This document shows positions 44,525 to 46,050 of a DNA stretch of 46,050 bases, in pieces; the stretch's first letter is position 1; each line of letters starts with the position of its first letter. The notes beneath the pieces were generated by a model. It had not been told where the DNA came from, made no database searches, and was given only the letters and a program-made list of their open reading frames with translations. The position numbers and the translations under genes are program-made. Source of the stretch: a virus (taxonomy: Duplodnaviria > Caudoviricetes). The stretch spans positions 1-46,050 of IMG/VR virus record IMGVR_UViG_3300049058_000009; one strand, given 5' to 3'.

Positions 44525-44743
44525 TTAACTAATGGTTAAGGTCCACGTGCTACCAGACTTAGTAGCAGTAACCGTGGCAGCTGCAACAACAGTAACGTAG
44601 CTTACAGTCTGAGAACCGTTCTTCTGGAAGCTAACAATATTGTTGACGCAATCTACATGGTAGAACAATAAATCGGTATAGACGGCAGCCGTGAGAGTTA
44701 CTCCCGGCCCCGTCTTACCAGTTACAGTTAAAGTTCCAGCCAT
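44525..44743 (-). CDS. Small Thr/Val-rich virion protein
   Basis: Coupled (TAATG) to the capsid gene. Confidence 0.65.
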   Translation of the reverse strand: MAGTLTVTGKTGPGVTLTAAVYTDLLFYHVDCVNNIVSFQKNGSQTVSYVTVVAAATVTATKSGSTWTLTIS

Positions 44744-45990
44744 TAATAACCTGAAGGAACCGACAGGCCATCAATATAAGCAGTGGCAGCAGGATTGCTA
44801 ACAAAGAACTGCATACCAGCAACCATGTAGAAGATGTCAGCAGTAGCAACGCCACCGCTAGCACCACGAATCTCGAAGATATTCCGACCGTCAGTCTTAT
44901 AGAAACCAACAGGAAGAATTTCTGCGCGACCCCAAACATCATTATTAACGAAGTCGATGCGCGAAGTATTCCAGTTAAACGACTGCTTAACCGGAGCACC
45001 AGCCATCTGCATGTTATCCGAGAAATACATATTCAGAGATTCGTCTTTTGCCTGCTTCTGAATAATAGAAACAAGCTGACCAATTTCCTCATATGCCTGA
45101 GCCTGAGCAGGATGCATCCATGCCTGAGGCTTAAAGTTCTCATCAATACCAACGCGATTGCCAATCTTATTTAAAGCAAGTCGCGGTAACGGTAAAGTGA
45201 GAGGATTGCTAGAAGCGTTAACACGGTTAGAACGAATTTCAGGCGTAGCCGAACGCGAGAAACCTAACCAAGTTCCGGTGCTAGCAGAGTTGTGATGGTA
45301 AGGCACACCATACAACGCAGGATACGAAGTCGGGCTAGAAATACCAGCAGTAACAATTAAGTCACCACCAGTAACACCCGTAATCTGCGGCGACAGCTTA
45401 ACCGTCTTGTTCTCAACATCCCAATACGTAATCGTAGCAGAACCACGATTAGTAGCAAGAGTCGAGTCAAAAACCTGAACGGTCTGACCAAAGCGCATTA
45501 AACGAACGCCGAAGTCATTTTCCGCAACAATAACGTTTTCACCACCCGCAGGCGTATCCGTATCAACAGTTCCAATAACTCCAGTGCCATCCTGCATAGC
45601 CTGTGAGTCTAACTGCCGACGAAGCTCTAAAAGAGCCGTAGCAGTTAACTTTCGAACTGCACCAGCGACAGCTTTACGGTCAGTGTTAGTAGACCAATCC
45701 GTGAGCTTGGTATATTCAATGTTCTCGCTAGCAAAAACACAGTTTAATACCGCTTTATCCCACGTAGGACCACCGCCACGACCTAAATCTCCGCCATTAG
45801 CATCGAAATACTGGAACGAACCACCGGGACGTAATTCTAACGGCACGCGCATCTGTCGATTAGAAATCTTCTCGACATCACGCTTCTCAATATTAGCGTA
45901 GAATTTATCGTCCCGTTCAAACGCAACTCGAATCTTCGGGATAACCCGCTCAAGTTCGAGTGCGCTTACCTGAGATTCAACAACTGCCAT
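44743..45990 (-). CDS. Major capsid protein
   Basis: 415 aa after scaffold, AGGAG RBS, HK97-fold-like C-terminus QFFVSNPAATAYIDGL. Confidence 0.85.
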   Translation of the reverse strand: MAVVESQVSALELERVIPKIRVAFERDDKFYANIEKRDVEKISNRQMRVPLELRPGGSFQYFDANGGDLGRGGGPTWDKAVLNCVFASENIEYTKLTDWSTNTDRKAVAGAVRKLTATALLELRRQLDSQAMQDGTGVIGTVDTDTPAGGENVIVAENDFGVRLMRFGQTVQVFDSTLATNRGSATITYWDVENKTVKLSPQITGVTGGDLIVTAGISSPTSYPALYGVPYHHNSASTGTWLGFSRSATPEIRSNRVNASSNPLTLPLPRLALNKIGNRVGIDENFKPQAWMHPAQAQAYEEIGQLVSIIQKQAKDESLNMYFSDNMQMAGAPVKQSFNWNTSRIDFVNNDVWGRAEILPVGFYKTDGRNIFEIRGASGGVATADIFYMVAGMQFFVSNPAATAYIDGLSVPSGY

Positions 45991-46002
45991 GTAATTTAAC
46001 TC

Positions 46003-46050
46003 CTAATCACGTTCTAAGAAAGAACGTGTAGACACATCCCTTGGAATAGC
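46003..46050 (-). CDS. C-terminal end of the scaffold gene (continued from 1-1307)
   Basis: ...AIPRDVSTRSFLERD*; the TAG overlaps the capsid RBS. Confidence 0.8.
   Translation of the reverse strand, partial: AIPRDVSTRSFLERD
46025..46050. repeat. Terminal overlap, copy 2
   Basis: Identical to 1-26. Confidence 0.95.

Noticed and set aside
1-46050. Stop-codon reassignment
   Set aside because: TAA, TAG and TGA all end genes right at the next start, and long genes are uninterrupted in code 11
46025-46050. Biological terminal repeat or att site
   Set aside because: Falls inside a gene and is best explained as assembly overlap; no integrase is present

Overview
Apparently complete, circularly permuted genome (46,024 bp; the last 26 nt repeat the first 26 nt) of a short-tailed, podovirus-like dsDNA phage. 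No integrase is recognisable. There are two divergent arms. (1) A leftward late arm runs from ~8550 down through position 1, wraps, and continues from 46024 to 29196. It holds a putative small terminase, lysis-type and secreted proteins, TerL, portal, scaffold (spanning the contig join), major capsid, decoration proteins, a methyltransferase plus GT2 glycosyltransferase, adaptor, an apparently split nozzle gene, tail fibres, an M15-like peptidase and three ejection proteins. (2) A rightward early/middle arm (8616-29206) has many small ORFs and a ~4.5 kb RNA-rich island (tRNA-Lys, tRNA-Leu, an aberrant tRNA-like RNA with a 45-nt D-loop insert, many long G-U-containing stems). It continues with a frameshifted SprT/SNF2 helicase, PD-(D/E)XK nuclease, AAA recombination ATPase, a Tad1/Acb2-like protein, SSB, cold-shock protein, Nmad1-like protein, a UDG-fused family A polymerase with a deviant motif B, and a DUF3987-type helicase, with no recognisable primase. 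The strongest candidates for new biology are the RNA island with its tRNA-like element, the three-part nozzle, the primase-less PolA module, paired micro-peptides missed by the ORF track, and strong GATC/GTAC avoidance. All family calls come from motif recognition by eye, not database searches.
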